From NCBI GenBank assembly GCA_038316625.1, contig JBBQAT010000001.1, forward strand, positions 6,987-70,986: DNA of 64,000 nucleotides, written 5' to 3'. The DNA comes from Burkholderiales bacterium. Lineage in GTDB: Bacteria; Pseudomonadota; Gammaproteobacteria; Burkholderiales; Rhodocyclaceae. Shown here in pieces: positions 29,176-39,530 of the stretch (position 1 is its first letter; every line of letters starts with the position of its first letter). A program made the position numbers and the translations under genes. The notes beneath the pieces were generated by a model. That model searched no databases. It was given only the letters and a program-made list of their open reading frames with translations, and was not told the origin of the DNA.

Positions 29176-30396
29176 TCAGGCCGGCTTCAAGGCGGGATTG
29201 AGCACCGGGGCTTCCCTGATCGGCAGATTCACCAGCGCCGCCAGACTGGCCAGAACGATGTCGGCGTACCACATCCATGTGTAGTCGCCGAAGCGCGTGA
29301 TCGACAGGCCACCCAGCCAGGCGCCAAGAAAGCCGCCGATCTGGTGCGAAAGCAGGGTCAGGCCGAAGAGCGTGCCGAGGTAGCGCACGCCGAACAGTTT
29401 GCCGACGATGGCGGCTGTCGGCGGCACCGTCGCCAGCCAGGTAAAGCCGAGGCCGGCGGCGAAAATGTAGAAGGTCAGGTCGGTTCTTGGCGAAACCAGA
29501 TAGATCGCGATCATTACCGCGCGTGAGGCATACATCCAGAACAGCACGTATTTGCTGCGATAGCGGGCGATGCAGGTACCGGCATAGAGGCTGCCGAAGA
29601 TGTTGGAGAGTCCGATGATGGCCAGCGACCAGCTGGCGACCGAAGGCGGCAGGCCGCACAGGTTGACCTCGCCCGGCAGGTGAGTAACGAGAAAGGCGAT
29701 GTGAAATCCACAGGTGAAAAAGCCGGCGTGCAGTAGCCGATAGCTGCGGTCGGATAGCGCATCCTGAATACTGCGGCGCAAACCCGGGTTGGCATGCGTG
29801 CTTGTCTGGTGTGCATGATCGAGCGGCTGCGACACCACCCGGACCAGGGGCAATGCTGTGAGTACGAGCACCGCCAGCGTCCACATGGCACCCATCCAGC
29901 CCATCGCCTGAATCAGCTTCTGCAGGATCGGCGCAAAGATGAATTGCCCGAACGATCCACCGGCATTGATGATGCCGGAGGCCGCACCACGTGCTTCAAT
30001 CGGCAGCCGGGTCGTTGCCGCGCCGATCAGCACCGAGAAACTGCCGGCGCCCGAACCGATGGCCGAGAGCAGACCCAGTGAAAACGTCAGCCCCCAGGTG
30101 CTGTTCATGAAGGGCGTGAGGGCGCTGCCGAGCGCCAGCAGCAGCAGGCCACCCTGAACCACGCGGCGCGGGCCGTAACGATCGGCAACCGCGCCGGCGA
30201 TGGGTTGCACGGCGCCCCACATGAACTGACCGATGGCCATGGCCAGGCTGATCGAGGCGATGCCGAGGCCGGTGCTGGCATTGAGCGGCGCGAGAAAAAG
30301 ACCGAGCGATTGGCGCGCGCCCATCGAAACCATCAGGATGCCGGCGGCCGAGAGTGTTACGGCCCACAGGGCTGAGGTGTTGAGCGAGCGGAACAT
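29176..30396 (-). CDS. MFS transporter
   Basis: About 12 TM helices, motif A GAVADRYGPRR, FFTCGFH, HQIGGFLG. Confidence 0.9.
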   Translation of the reverse strand: MFRSLNTSALWAVTLSAAGILMVSMGARQSLGLFLAPLNASTGLGIASISLAMAIGQFMWGAVQPIAGAVADRYGPRRVVQGGLLLLALGSALTPFMNSTWGLTFSLGLLSAIGSGAGSFSVLIGAATTRLPIEARGAASGIINAGGSFGQFIFAPILQKLIQAMGWMGAMWTLAVLVLTALPLVRVVSQPLDHAHQTSTHANPGLRRSIQDALSDRSYRLLHAGFFTCGFHIAFLVTHLPGEVNLCGLPPSVASWSLAIIGLSNIFGSLYAGTCIARYRSKYVLFWMYASRAVMIAIYLVSPRTDLTFYIFAAGLGFTWLATVPPTAAIVGKLFGVRYLGTLFGLTLLSHQIGGFLGAWLGGLSITRFGDYTWMWYADIVLASLAALVNLPIREAPVLNPALKPA

Positions 30397-30474
30397 GGTC
30401 GGCTTTATATTGGGCGACGTTGTTGGAGTGGCTATTGTTGAGGGAGTTCAAAGCATGTTCACCTGGCTACGACC

Positions 30475-30498
30475 CAATAAATACGGCCATCTTCAATG
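30475..30498. repeat. Dispersed 24-bp repeat, copy 2
   Basis: CAATAAATACGGCCATCTTCAATG is 22/24 identical to 26189-26212. Confidence 0.75.
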
Positions 30499-30599
30499 TA
30501 TATGCCATGGAATCAAGTATCTATGCGGTTCTTGGAGAATGTGCTTTGTAGAACGCCATTTCATGCGCTTTACAGGCCATCAATGCGTTTTCGTCTGTT

Positions 30600-31004
30600 T
30601 CAGAAGCTGTCGTTGAAGCCCCTGATCTGTCGTCGTGCTTTTTTGGTCGGACGTCCGCGCAGGTCGCTGCCGGGCGTTGGCGCAAGTCGTTGCGCTTCTT
30701 TTACTGCGGCGCGGCGCGCGCTGCTTTCGGGCGTTTCGGCGTAAAGCTGTTGCGCTTCGCTGGCCGGACGTCGCAGGTCGTTAAGTGCTTGCACCTCGAC
30801 TGTCCATTTGACATCGCCAATCGCCAGCGCAAGCGTGTCGCCGGGGCGCAGGTCGCGTGCCGGCTTGACTGAGTGCCCGTTGAGCTTGATGTGACCGGCG
30901 TGGATGGCTTCGGCGGCCAACGAGCGCGTTTTGAAAAAGCGCGCTGCCCACAACCATTTGTCGATGCGCAGGTGGGTGAGCGGTGGTTTTTCAGTCGGAG
31001 CCAT
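30600..31004 (-). CDS. hslR: S4-domain ribosome-associated heat shock protein Hsp15
   Basis: RIDKWLWAARFFKTRSLA, LYAETPES, GRPTKK. Confidence 0.9.
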   Translation of the reverse strand: MAPTEKPPLTHLRIDKWLWAARFFKTRSLAAEAIHAGHIKLNGHSVKPARDLRPGDTLALAIGDVKWTVEVQALNDLRRPASEAQQLYAETPESSARRAAVKEAQRLAPTPGSDLRGRPTKKARRQIRGFNDSF

Positions 31005-31010
31005 AGCGGA

Positions 31011-34000
31011 TCAAAGCACTTCGGCTTCAACGTCGAGGTGGGCTGCCTGTTCCTTCTTCGTGAAGCGGTCGAGATAGAGGTAGACCACGGGCGTCAGGTA
31101 CAGCGTGAGGAGCTGTGAAAGCAGCAGGCCGCCAACAACGGCCAGCCCGAGCGGACGCCGCACCTCGGCGCCAGCGCCGAGGCCGAGCGCGATGGGCAGT
31201 GTGCCCACGAGTGCCGCCATGCTGGTCATCATGATTGGTCGGAAACGGATCAGGCAAGCCTGGTAAATGGCATCAAAGGCCGGCAGCTTTTCATTGCGCT
31301 GCTTGTCGAGGGCGAAGTCGATCATCATGATGGCGTTTTTCTTGACAATACCGATCAGCATGATGATGCCGACGAAGGCGTACAAGCTTAAATCCACGTT
31401 GAAGAAGTAGAGCGTGATCAGCGCGCCAAGCGCAGCAGAAGGCAGGCCGGAGAGGATGGTCAGCGGGTGGATGAAGCTTTCGTAAAGAATGCCGAGCACG
31501 ATATAGACGACCAGGATGGCGACCAGCAACAGCACGCCAAGGCCTTGCAGCGACGCCTCGAAGGCTTGCGCCGTTCCCTGCAGACTGGTGTTGAGCGAGG
31601 CCGGCATGCGCAATTCGCGTTCCAGCGCCTTGATGTGGTCAACCGCATCGCCGAGCGAAACACCGGGCAGCAGGTTGAAGGAGATGGTGACCGATGGTAG
31701 TTGTCCCTGGTGGCTGACGGTCATTGCCTGCGTCGAGCGGCTGACGCGGGTTACGGTGTCGAGCGGGATCAGTTTGCCGCCGGTGGCGCGCACGTACAGG
31801 CGGGAAAGCATCGAAGGGTCGAGCTGGAATTCGGGGCTGACTTCGAGAATGACCTGGTACTGGCTGGCGGCACCGTAGATGGTCGAGATCTGTCGCGAAC
31901 TGAAGGCGCTTTGCAGCGCGTCTTCAACCTGACTGAAGCTCAAGCCAAAGGTGCCGATCTTGTCGCGGTCAACGTCGATAGTGACGACCGGGCTCATGTT
32001 GTTGAGATTGCTGTTGACGTCGATGAAGCCAGGCAACTGACGGATCTTGCCGAGCAGGGTATCGGTCCATTGATAGAGTTCGGGCAAGTCGGTACTTTGT
32101 AGCGTGTATTGGTATTGCGCAGAGGTTTGTTGACCACCGATGCGAATCGCCGGCGGATTCTGCATGAAGACCCGGATGCCCGGCACCGCAGCCAGTTTGG
32201 GGCGCAGTTGCTGAATGATTTGGTCAGCCGAAAGCGTTCGCTCGGCGCGCGGTTTGAGCATCAGATTGATCGAGCCGGAATTGGCTGTCGAGCGTGCGCC
32301 GCCTCCACCGACGGTCGACATGAAGGAGCGGACATTTGGGTCCTTGGCGATGATGGCGGCGACAGCACGCTGGTGCTCGACCATCGAGGCGAATGAAGCA
32401 TCCTGTGCGCCTTCGGTAGACGCTGAAATTTGTCCGCTGTCGCCACTCGGCAGGAAATCCTTGGGAACCTGAGTGAAGACAAATCCGGTGAGCAGGACGG
32501 TGGCCACGAAGACCATCATGACCAGTCGCGGGTGCTTCATGGCCTGGCCCAGGGTTTTTTTGTACCCAGACAATAGTGCCTCAAAAAAATGCTCAAAAGC
32601 GCGGAAGATGGGGCCGTGCTCTTCCGGTTCGGCATGCCGCAGATAGCGACTGCACAGCATCGGCGTGAGGGTCAGCGATACGATGCCCGAGACGAGGATG
32701 GCCGCACAGATGGTTACGGCAAATTCGTGCAGCAATCGTCCGACAATTCCGCTCATAAAGAGGACTGGGATGAACACGGCGGTCAGCGAAATGGTCATCG
32801 AAATGATCGTAAATCCAATTTCGCGCGAACCAATGATGGCGGCGTGGAGCGGCGTTTCGCCCAGCTCGATATGGCGGATAATGTTTTCCAGCATGACGAT
32901 GGCGTCATCTACGACGAAACCGACCGAAAGTGTCAGCGCCAGCAGAGACAGGTTGTCCAGGCTATAACCGAGCGCATACATGGCCGCGAACGTGCCAACC
33001 ACCGAGATGGGCAGCGCGAGCGCCGGGATGATCGTGGCCGAAATGTTGCGCAGGAAAAGCAGAATGACCAGAATGACCAGAGCGCCGGCGATGATCAGCG
33101 TTAATTGCACATCACGGATACTTTCACTGATCGAAATGCTTCGATCATAAAGCGTGGTCATGGTGATCGACGCAGGTAACCTGGCCTGGAAGCTCGGCAA
33201 GGTGCGCTTGATCAAATTGACCGTCTCGATGGTGTTGGCACCGGGTTGCCGCTGGATGGCCAGTACGATGGCCCGCTTGTCCACGTTCCAGGTGGCAACG
33301 CGTTTGTTTTCTACGCTGTCGACCGGCGTGGCGACATCTTCCAGACGGATCGGCGCACCGTTGCGCCAGGCGACGGTGAGTGAGCGGTAGGCCGCAGCCG
33401 TCGTAAGCTGCCCGTTGTCCTTGATGGCAAAATTCTGGCGCTCGCCGTCGATCAGGCCGATCGGCTGATTGACATTGGCCTGTGTCACGGCCTTTTGCAG
33501 TTCGTCGATGCCCATGTCGCGTGCCGCGAGCTGGTCCGGATTGGCGCGAATGCGAACAGCGTATTTCTGCGAGCCGAAGACCAACACCTGCGCGACGCCA
33601 TTGATGGTGGAAATTCGTTGGGCAAGCTGTGTTTCGGCATACTCGTTGACCAGCGGCAGCGGCAAAGTCGGCGACGAGAGGGCGATGAAAAAGATCGGCG
33701 AATCTGCCGGGTTGACCTTGCGGAACGACGGCGGTGACGACATGCCGGGCGGCAGCTTACGCTGTGAGGCAGCGATGGCCGACTGGACGTCTTGTGCGGC
33801 GGCGTCGATATTCCGGTCGAGAGAAAACTGCAGCGTTATCGAGGTTGATCCCTGAGAGCTCGTTGAGCTCATCGAATCAAGACCCGCAATAGTTGAGAAT
33901 TGACCTTCAAGCGGGGTGGCGACAGCAGCCGCCATCGTTTCTGGCGAGGCTCCTGGCAGGCTGGCATTGACCGAGATGGTCGGAAAGTCGACGCTTGGTA

Positions 34001-34109
34001 GCTCGGAAACTGGCAGCGCGCGATATGAAATGACGCCGAAGATGACAAATGCTGCCATCAGCAGCGTGGTCATGACCGGGCGGCGGATACAGAGTTCGGG
34101 GAGATTCAT
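31011..34109 (-). CDS. RND efflux permease (MdtB/MdtC-like)
   Basis: IRRPV, VDFPTI, VDDAIVMLENI, KKNAIMMIDF, RFRPIMMT. Confidence 0.93.
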   Translation of the reverse strand: MNLPELCIRRPVMTTLLMAAFVIFGVISYRALPVSELPSVDFPTISVNASLPGASPETMAAAVATPLEGQFSTIAGLDSMSSTSSQGSTSITLQFSLDRNIDAAAQDVQSAIAASQRKLPPGMSSPPSFRKVNPADSPIFFIALSSPTLPLPLVNEYAETQLAQRISTINGVAQVLVFGSQKYAVRIRANPDQLAARDMGIDELQKAVTQANVNQPIGLIDGERQNFAIKDNGQLTTAAAYRSLTVAWRNGAPIRLEDVATPVDSVENKRVATWNVDKRAIVLAIQRQPGANTIETVNLIKRTLPSFQARLPASITMTTLYDRSISISESIRDVQLTLIIAGALVILVILLFLRNISATIIPALALPISVVGTFAAMYALGYSLDNLSLLALTLSVGFVVDDAIVMLENIIRHIELGETPLHAAIIGSREIGFTIISMTISLTAVFIPVLFMSGIVGRLLHEFAVTICAAILVSGIVSLTLTPMLCSRYLRHAEPEEHGPIFRAFEHFFEALLSGYKKTLGQAMKHPRLVMMVFVATVLLTGFVFTQVPKDFLPSGDSGQISASTEGAQDASFASMVEHQRAVAAIIAKDPNVRSFMSTVGGGGARSTANSGSINLMLKPRAERTLSADQIIQQLRPKLAAVPGIRVFMQNPPAIRIGGQQTSAQYQYTLQSTDLPELYQWTDTLLGKIRQLPGFIDVNSNLNNMSPVVTIDVDRDKIGTFGLSFSQVEDALQSAFSSRQISTIYGAASQYQVILEVSPEFQLDPSMLSRLYVRATGGKLIPLDTVTRVSRSTQAMTVSHQGQLPSVTISFNLLPGVSLGDAVDHIKALERELRMPASLNTSLQGTAQAFEASLQGLGVLLLVAILVVYIVLGILYESFIHPLTILSGLPSAALGALITLYFFNVDLSLYAFVGIIMLIGIVKKNAIMMIDFALDKQRNEKLPAFDAIYQACLIRFRPIMMTSMAALVGTLPIALGLGAGAEVRRPLGLAVVGGLLLSQLLTLYLTPVVYLYLDRFTKKEQAAHLDVEAEVL

Positions 34110-34118
34110 TTCGGCCCC

Positions 34119-35276
34119 TTACCTGGCAGCAGGCGGTTGTGCGGCCTTTTCGGCAGGGTCGGCTTTGCCCGGAGAGTCAGGTTCCTTGATCTTGACCTTG
34201 GCTCCCGGGTTGAGCCTCAACTGGCCGTCGGTGACGACAGTCTCCCCTGTATTCAATCCCTTGGTAATGGCTGTCTTGCCACCGCTGGCTGCTGCCGTTT
34301 CGATCTTGCGTACTTCGACCGTGGCGTCTTCCTTGACCACGAAGACGAAATTTCCGTCTGCGCCTTGCTGAACCGCTTCATTTGGCACCGTGACAGCATT
34401 GGCCAGCGTTTCCAGAAGCAGCGCAACGTTAAGGAATTGCCCTGGAGTCAGCTTTTCATCGTCATTGGCCAATTCGGCCTTCATCAGAATGGTGCCGGTG
34501 GCCGAATCAACGGCGTTGTCAATAAAACGTACGGTGCCGTCGAAATGCTGCGATTTGTCGCTTGGCAGGCTTATATCGACCTTCATTTGACCGGCGCCCG
34601 CTTTGATCGCCGCTCTAAGCCGGGGCAAGTGCTTCTCGGGAACTGAAAAGCTGGCAAGCAGCGGACGAATGCGATTGATCACGGCCAGCGTTGTATCGTT
34701 GATCTTGACAGCCGATCCCGGAAACACGACGCGGGCTCCGACCACGCCAGTAACTGGCGAGCGAATCGTCGTGTAGGAAAGTTGCAGGCGAGCGACCTCC
34801 TCACTGGCTCTACTGGCGCGCAGATTTGCGCTGGCGGCGGCTTCATTGGTACGGATATCGTTCACTTTTTCTTCGGAGACGAAGTTGCGCTGCTTGAGTG
34901 CGGTGTAGCGGGCCGTATCCGAACGTGTCTTGGCAATCAGCGCCTCATCGCGGGCGGCGGTAGCTTCATTCTGTTGCAGTCGCGCGGCAAAGTCGGCCGG
35001 GTCGAGTTTTATCAGAATATCGCCCTTTTTGACGTGTTGGCCCTCGGTAAACAGCACAGCAGAGACCTGTCCATCAACGCGGGACTTGAGAACAACACTC
35101 TCGTAGGCTTCTGCACGCCCGACCACCTGTAAGGTGACCGGGATGTCCTGTTCAGACGCTTGCGCGGTGATGACGGGAACGGGTGGCTGCTCCGGCCTCT
35201 TTTTCTTGACGTCCTCCGAACACGAAGCCAAGGCCAGAAGACAGACGAGAAGGAGGGCGGAGCGGGAGGGATTCAC
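34119..35276 (-). CDS. RND periplasmic adaptor lipoprotein (MdtA-like)
   Basis: Lipobox LASC, SRVDGQ, YTTIRSP, IDNAVD, VVTDGQ. Confidence 0.9.
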   Translation of the reverse strand: MNPSRSALLLVCLLALASCSEDVKKKRPEQPPVPVITAQASEQDIPVTLQVVGRAEAYESVVLKSRVDGQVSAVLFTEGQHVKKGDILIKLDPADFAARLQQNEATAARDEALIAKTRSDTARYTALKQRNFVSEEKVNDIRTNEAAASANLRASRASEEVARLQLSYTTIRSPVTGVVGARVVFPGSAVKINDTTLAVINRIRPLLASFSVPEKHLPRLRAAIKAGAGQMKVDISLPSDKSQHFDGTVRFIDNAVDSATGTILMKAELANDDEKLTPGQFLNVALLLETLANAVTVPNEAVQQGADGNFVFVVKEDATVEVRKIETAAASGGKTAITKGLNTGETVVTDGQLRLNPGAKVKIKEPDSPGKADPAEKAAQPPAAR

Positions 35277-36517
35277 GGCAACAGGCTTTCGGATGAGTAG
35301 AGTTCTTCGACCGTCTCACGGCGGCGAATGAGGTGGGTCTGCGTGCCGTCAACCATGACTTCAGCGGCACGTGGCCGCGTGTTGTAATTGGAGCTCATGG
35401 CCATTCCGTAGGCTCCAGCCGACATGACAGCGAGCAGATCGCCGGGCTCAATGCTCAGGGAGCGATCATGTCCAAGGAAATCACCCGATTCACAAATCGG
35501 GCCGACGATTTCCCAGTGGCTTGGTTCCCCACTGCGCGGTGCTACCGGGACGATCTCGTGCCAGGCGTCGTAAAGGGCCGGACGCGCAAGGTCGTTCATG
35601 GCAGCGTCGATAATCGCGAAATTTTTTACTTCGCCCGGCTTGAGGTATTCAACTCGGGTGAGCAGGATTCCGGCGTTGCCGACCAGACGGCGGCCTGGTT
35701 CGAGCAGGATCTTGAGATTCCGGCTTTTTAGCTCCTGCAACAGAGGTTGCAGATAGGATTTGACGGTCGGCGCTTCTTCATCCTTGTAGCGAATGCCAAG
35801 GCCACCCCCAAGATCAATGTGGCGGAGGGCGATGCCCACTGCCGCGAGCTGGTCAATGAGTTGCAGAAGCTTGTCGAGCGCTTCCGCAAATGGTGCTGGA
35901 TCGAGCAGTTGCGAACCGATATGGCAGTCGATACCGGTGACTTCGAGGTGCGACAGATTCGCCGCGTGCTGGTAAATTAGTAATGCGTCTTCGTAGGCGA
36001 CACCGAACTTGTTTTCCTTGAGACCGGTCGAAATGTAGGGATGCGTCTTAGCATCGACATTCGGATTGACACGCAGGCTGATCGAGGCCTTCTTGCCAAG
36101 GCTGGCGGCGACGGCGTTGAGGCGGATGAGTTCGGGCTCCGACTCGACGTTGAAACAGAGGATACCGGTGGTAAGCGCAAAGGCCATTTCAGCGGTTGAT
36201 TTGCCGACGCCCGAGAACACGATTTTCTGCGGATCAGCGCCGGCAGCGAGGACACGCTTGAGTTCGCCGATGGAGACGATGTCGAAGCCGGCACCTAGAC
36301 GAGCGAAAATATTGAGTACGGCAAGGTTGGAATTGGCTTTGACGGCGTAGCACACCAGCGAATCAATGCCGGTCAGCTCTTGATTGAATTCATCGAACGC
36401 GGTTTCAAGTGCTGCACGGGAGTAGATATAGCACGGCGTTCCAAAGCGTGACGCAACGTCGGTTAGCGGAACGGATTCAACGTGGAGTTGACCATTCTTC
36501 AAGGAGAAGGCGTTCAT
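35273..36517 (-). CDS. lysA: Diaminopimelate decarboxylase
   Basis: YAVKANS, HIGSQ, DLGGG, EPGR, GPICESGD, SNYN. Confidence 0.97.
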   Translation of the reverse strand: MNAFSLKNGQLHVESVPLTDVASRFGTPCYIYSRAALETAFDEFNQELTGIDSLVCYAVKANSNLAVLNIFARLGAGFDIVSIGELKRVLAAGADPQKIVFSGVGKSTAEMAFALTTGILCFNVESEPELIRLNAVAASLGKKASISLRVNPNVDAKTHPYISTGLKENKFGVAYEDALLIYQHAANLSHLEVTGIDCHIGSQLLDPAPFAEALDKLLQLIDQLAAVGIALRHIDLGGGLGIRYKDEEAPTVKSYLQPLLQELKSRNLKILLEPGRRLVGNAGILLTRVEYLKPGEVKNFAIIDAAMNDLARPALYDAWHEIVPVAPRSGEPSHWEIVGPICESGDFLGHDRSLSIEPGDLLAVMSAGAYGMAMSSNYNTRPRAAEVMVDGTQTHLIRRRETVEELYSSESLLP

Positions 36518-36690
36518 CAGGAAGGTTCTTTTGTCGTGTTAAGATCAGTGGACGCCTGCACGGGGTGCAAACCTGAAAAAGCCGTTGAGGCTTTCGATTG
36601 AGGTGGCGGTAAAGTTAGAGGCCCGCGAGTTCCGCAAGCGCCGAGAGTGATAGTGGACAACAGAACGGTCAGTATAAAAAATCGGCGCAT
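36517..36690 (-). CDS. lptM: LptM/YifL lipoprotein (57 aa, not in the ORF track)
   Basis: MRRFFILTVLLSTITLGACGTRGPLTLPPP..; lipobox plus CGxxGPLxLP; canonical position between cyaY and lysA; TGATG overlap with lysA. Confidence 0.88.
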   Translation of the reverse strand: MRRFFILTVLLSTITLGACGTRGPLTLPPPQSKASTAFSGLHPVQASTDLNTTKEPS

Positions 36691-36728
36691 GGAGGGAGGT
36701 AACCGAAAATGGAAAATGGTAGCACAGG

Positions 36729-37046
36729 ATGAATGATAGCGAATTCAACGCACTGGCCGATACGGCGCTGAAACAAATTGAAACCGGTCTTGAGATCAGT
36801 GGTGCCGATCTAGATTTTGCGATGGTCAGTGCGGGTGTGTTGGAGATCGAGTTTGCCGACCGCAGCAAGATCATCGTTAACCGGCATGGCGCGGCGAAAG
36901 AGATGTGGGTGGCTGCGCGCTCGGGCGGTTTTCACTTCCGCTGGGATGGTACGGTCTGGCTCGATACGCGCGACAGCACCGAGCTCATGGCGGCGCTGTC
37001 GGTGCTCGTCTCGGCGCAAGCCGGCGAGCCGGTCGTTCTTGCCTAG
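36729..37046 (+). CDS. cyaY: Iron donor protein (frataxin homolog)
   Basis: MNDSEF, KIIVNR, EMWVAARSGGFHF. Confidence 0.95.
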   Translation: MNDSEFNALADTALKQIETGLEISGADLDFAMVSAGVLEIEFADRSKIIVNRHGAAKEMWVAARSGGFHFRWDGTVWLDTRDSTELMAALSVLVSAQAGEPVVLA

Positions 37047-39352
37047 TCGACCGGCTTGACGTTTGGATCCTGGGGCGGCTCTGGTTCCACTTCGGTCGGC
37101 ACGTTTTCCTTGTAGAAAAGCTCCTTGGTCGGGCCTCTGCCTGAACTCACTGTGTCAAGAGCGACTAGCCCGTCCGGCTGGGGCATGAACGATTCCGGTA
37201 CATCCTTGAGTACCTTGCCCATGTAGGCAATCCAGGTTGGCAACGCAGCGGAGCCACCGGTTTCCCTACCCCCTAGGCTTTTTGGCTGGTCGAAGCCGAT
37301 CCATGAACAGCCGACAACGGTTCTCTGGTAGCCGCAGAACCATGCATCGACCTGATCATTGGTGGTACCGGTCTTGCCAGCGAGATCGTGCCGTTTGAGC
37401 GTTGCAGAAGCGCGAGCCGCTGTTCCGTAGATGGTGACGCCGCGAAGCATGCTGTCCATCAGAAATGCATTGCGCGGGTCGATGGCGAGCAAGGATTCAT
37501 CACCCGCATTCACCGGTTGCGCCTCAGCCAGTACGTGCCCCTTCTCGTCCTGAATCTCGCGCACGATGAAGGGCTGGATGCGATAACCACCATTGGCGAA
37601 AACAGAGTACGCCGTGACCATCTGCCAGGGAGTGACCGACCCGGCGCCGAGTGCCATCGTCAGGTAGGGCGGATGCTTGTCAGCATCAAAACCGAAGCGG
37701 GTGGCATAGTCCTGGATGAAATTGACGCCGCTGGCTTGCAACAGGCGAATGGAGACCATGTTCTTGGATTTCGCCAGCGCTGTACGCATGCTCATCGCGC
37801 CTTCGTACTTTCCATCGTAATTCTTTGGCTCCCAAGCCTGGCTGCCGGTAACAGAGGCCGGAAAACTGATCGGGTCGTCTTGAATGATTGACGCTGGCGT
37901 GAAGCCTTTTTCGAGCGAGCCAGAGTAGATGAAAGGCTTGAAGCTTGATCCTGGCTGCCGCCAGGCTTGTGTGGTGTGATTGAACTTGTTGCGGTTGAAA
38001 TCAAACCCGCCGACCAGCGAACGAATGCCCCCATTTTGCGGATCAACGGACAGGAAAGCGGCTTCAACCTCAGGCATCTGTGTAATCAGCCAACTGTTGT
38101 TCTTTTCGTCGTTCTGAACCCGGATTACGGCACCGCGGCGCAACCGTTTGTTGGGGGGAGCTTTGTCGTCCATCATGCGTGCGGCGAACTTCAGACCATC
38201 GCCGCTTATAGTGACTATTTCGCCACCACGCCGGTAGGCACGAATCTGTTTGGCGTCGGCTTGCAGTATCACGGCTGGATGCAGGTCCTCTGAGTCGTGA
38301 AAGTCCTGCAGCAATTCGTCAAGCGCTTCGTCCTGTTCCGACTTGATGTCCGTCATTTCGACGTAAGCTTCAGCGCCGCGGTAGCCATGGCGGCGGTCAT
38401 AGTCGAGTACGCCGCGTCGTACGCTGCTATAGGCAGCGTCCTGGTCCTTCTTGAGGATCGACGTGTATACGCGCAGCCCTCGGGTATACACGTCTTCCGG
38501 GAAGCGCTCGGCGGCCATCTGGCGTGCCATTTCGGCGACAAACTCGGCGTGAACAGAGTATTCGTTTGCTTCGCGCTTGACGACGAGTTCCTGTTTCAAA
38601 GCGGCATCATGTTGATTGGCGTCGATAAAGCCGAGTTCACGCATGCGGCGCAAGACATACTGCTGACGCAAACTGGCACGTTTGGGGTTGACGACCGGGT
38701 TGAAGGCGGAAGGCGCTTTGGGTAGTCCTGCCAGCATTGCAGCTTCAGCGATGCTCAGATCCTTGAGTGATTTGCCGAAATAAATCTGCGCCGCAGCACC
38801 AAAACCATACGCACGCTGACCGAGGAAAATCTGGTTGATGTACAGCTCAAAGATTTGATCCTTGCTTAGATTGCTTTCTATCTTGAAAGAAAGCAATACC
38901 TCGTAAAGCTTGCGGACGTAGGTTTTCTCCGAAGACAGAAAAAAATTCTTCGCAACCTGCTGGGTGATCGTCGATGCACCTTGTTTTTTTCCACCACCAA
39001 TGAAATTGCTGACGGCGGCCCGAACCACGCCTTGTGCATCGATGCCCCCATGCTGGTAAAAGCGCTCGTCCTCCGCAGCGAGAATGGCGTGCTTCATAAC
39101 GTCAGGGACGTCCTGTATGCGCACGACTGCGCGGCGTTCCTCGCCAAATTCGCCAATCAGGTCACCTTCGGTGGTGTACACGCGCAACGGAATTTTGGGC
39201 CGATAGTCGGTCAGAATTTCCAGCGAAGGCAGGTTTGGATAGGTCAGAATCAGAACGACGGCCGCCATGGCGACCGTCATTGCGACAAGCCCGACAATGA
39301 GCAAAACGGGATAAAGAATCCAGCGAGAAACGTTAGGCAACGGAATACCCAC
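37043..39352 (-). CDS. mrcA: Penicillin-binding protein 1A
   Basis: EDERF, GASTITQQ, SSFK, SKN, KTG; divergent from pilM. Confidence 0.93.
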   Translation of the reverse strand: MGIPLPNVSRWILYPVLLIVGLVAMTVAMAAVVLILTYPNLPSLEILTDYRPKIPLRVYTTEGDLIGEFGEERRAVVRIQDVPDVMKHAILAAEDERFYQHGGIDAQGVVRAAVSNFIGGGKKQGASTITQQVAKNFFLSSEKTYVRKLYEVLLSFKIESNLSKDQIFELYINQIFLGQRAYGFGAAAQIYFGKSLKDLSIAEAAMLAGLPKAPSAFNPVVNPKRASLRQQYVLRRMRELGFIDANQHDAALKQELVVKREANEYSVHAEFVAEMARQMAAERFPEDVYTRGLRVYTSILKKDQDAAYSSVRRGVLDYDRRHGYRGAEAYVEMTDIKSEQDEALDELLQDFHDSEDLHPAVILQADAKQIRAYRRGGEIVTISGDGLKFAARMMDDKAPPNKRLRRGAVIRVQNDEKNNSWLITQMPEVEAAFLSVDPQNGGIRSLVGGFDFNRNKFNHTTQAWRQPGSSFKPFIYSGSLEKGFTPASIIQDDPISFPASVTGSQAWEPKNYDGKYEGAMSMRTALAKSKNMVSIRLLQASGVNFIQDYATRFGFDADKHPPYLTMALGAGSVTPWQMVTAYSVFANGGYRIQPFIVREIQDEKGHVLAEAQPVNAGDESLLAIDPRNAFLMDSMLRGVTIYGTAARASATLKRHDLAGKTGTTNDQVDAWFCGYQRTVVGCSWIGFDQPKSLGGRETGGSAALPTWIAYMGKVLKDVPESFMPQPDGLVALDTVSSGRGPTKELFYKENVPTEVEPEPPQDPNVKPVD

Positions 39353-39530
39353 GAGAAAAGATACAGCCGCTCATTATAAGCGTTGCCCGAAGTGCTGTGA
39401 CAGGGCTGCATTAATGACAAGAAAAAATGGCTTTACACGCCGGATACTTGTTGCTAGCATCTAAAGTAGATTATCTATAAACACGCTAACTACAAATTAT
39501 TCAAGGGTTTTTTCGGCGAGGAGTGCTAAT

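Noticed and set aside
36545-36874. 109-aa minus-strand ORF
   Set aside because: The region is explained by lptM (different frame) and cyaY
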